A DNA stretch of 64,000 bases, from assembly GCA_000004695.1 (NCBI GenBank), contig CM000151.3, positions 416,001-480,000 on the forward strand, in the 5' to 3' direction. This stretch comes from Dictyostelium discoideum (Eukaryota). The stretch's first letter is position 1. Each line of letters begins with the position of its first letter. The notes below the pieces were generated by a model, which was not told where the DNA came from, did no database searches, and was given only the letters and a program-made list of their open reading frames with translations. The position numbers and the translations under genes were made by a program. Shown here piece by piece: positions 63,461-64,000 of this stretch.

Positions 63461-64000
63461 TTAACAAATTCTATTTAAATAAATAGTACTACCTACTATT
63501 TTAAATTTTTTTTTTAAATTTTATTTTTTAAATTTTATTTTTTTTTTTTTATTTTTTTTTTAATATAAATTTATATAAATTAATATTAGGATTTAAAAAA
63601 AAAAAAAAAAAAAAAACAAAAATATATTCTTATTATTAAAATTTTTATTTTGTTGTATTTTTAAAACTTAGCTTTTTTTTTTTTTTTAATTTTTTTTTCC
63701 ACAAAATCATAAAAAAAAAAAAATCTCGCAAAACGATCAACGTATATTGGCATTAATGTAATTGGGGACTTATATTTTTAGATTTTAGATTTGCCAACAA
63801 AATAAAAAAAAAAAAAAAGAGTGGTGTTTTTTTTATTTTTTTTATTTTTTTTTATTTTTTTATTTTTAAAAAAATATATTTAGATTTTTTATTTTTTATT
63901 TTTTATTTTTTTTTTTTTTGAGTAGTGAATGTGAAGCATACGTTGAAATTATATTACAATTGATAAAAAAAAAAAAAAAAAATTAATTTCCATTTTAAAA

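Overview
This window is eukaryotic nuclear DNA with the hallmarks of a dictyostelid (Dictyostelium-like) social amoeba genome. Evidence: extreme AT richness, with intergenic regions about 85-90% AT and long poly(dA)/poly(dT) runs; coding regions full of (CAA)n poly-Gln and (AAT)n poly-Asn tracts; short AT-rich introns with GTAAGT/GTATGT donors and (T)nAG acceptors; AAAATG start contexts. I found no prokaryotic features (operons, CRISPR, rRNA/tRNA, IS elements).

The supplied six-frame ORF track is prokaryote-style. It also calls GTG/TTG as start codons: for example the 'M' at 41485 is a GTG codon. It therefore fragments several spliced genes. I re-joined those genes by hand from donor/acceptor sites and reading-frame phase.

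I call about 20 protein-coding loci.
- A partial minus-strand gene runs off the left edge (1..1927).
- A tandem pair of large paralogous Cys-motif surface glycoproteins (2580..6227 and 6622..10584).
- A 4-exon DMT/EamA-type transporter with a poly-Q tail.
- A small Pro-rich ORF.
- A 3-exon Vta1 (ESCRT/Vps4 cofactor) gene whose pieces are three separate ORF-track entries.
- A 2-exon GH27 alpha-galactosidase.
- A 2-exon CLC chloride channel with two CBS domains.
- A 2-exon N-myristoylatable LRR protein.
- An intronless SPX-EXS (XPR1/PHO1-like) phosphate transporter.
- A tandemly duplicated orphan gene, two copies of about 2.9 kb, each carrying a different disabling lesion.
- A signal-peptide/IPT-TIG-like surface protein.
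- A 3-exon presequence protease (M16C, HxxEH).
- A tandem cluster of 2.5 copies of B-box zinc-finger + FNIP-repeat genes, all apparently damaged, sharing a conserved 5' element.
- A 3-exon lipase-maturation-factor (LMF/TMEM112) homologue.
- A 2-exon TRM61 tRNA m1A58 methyltransferase.
- A 2-exon RNA polymerase III subunit RPC5.
- A GPI-type beta-helix-like secreted protein, plus a C-terminal pseudogene fragment of a paralogue.
- A 1212-aa Q/N-rich protein with one globular domain.

I cannot point to a single novel 'system'. The most unusual structure is the density of young tandem duplications carrying independent frameshift or nonsense lesions (29.6-35.6 kb and 43.0-48.5 kb). Two unexplained GC-elevated ORF-less islands are also worth a second look.

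All coordinates and splice junctions were worked out by eye and should be verified computationally.
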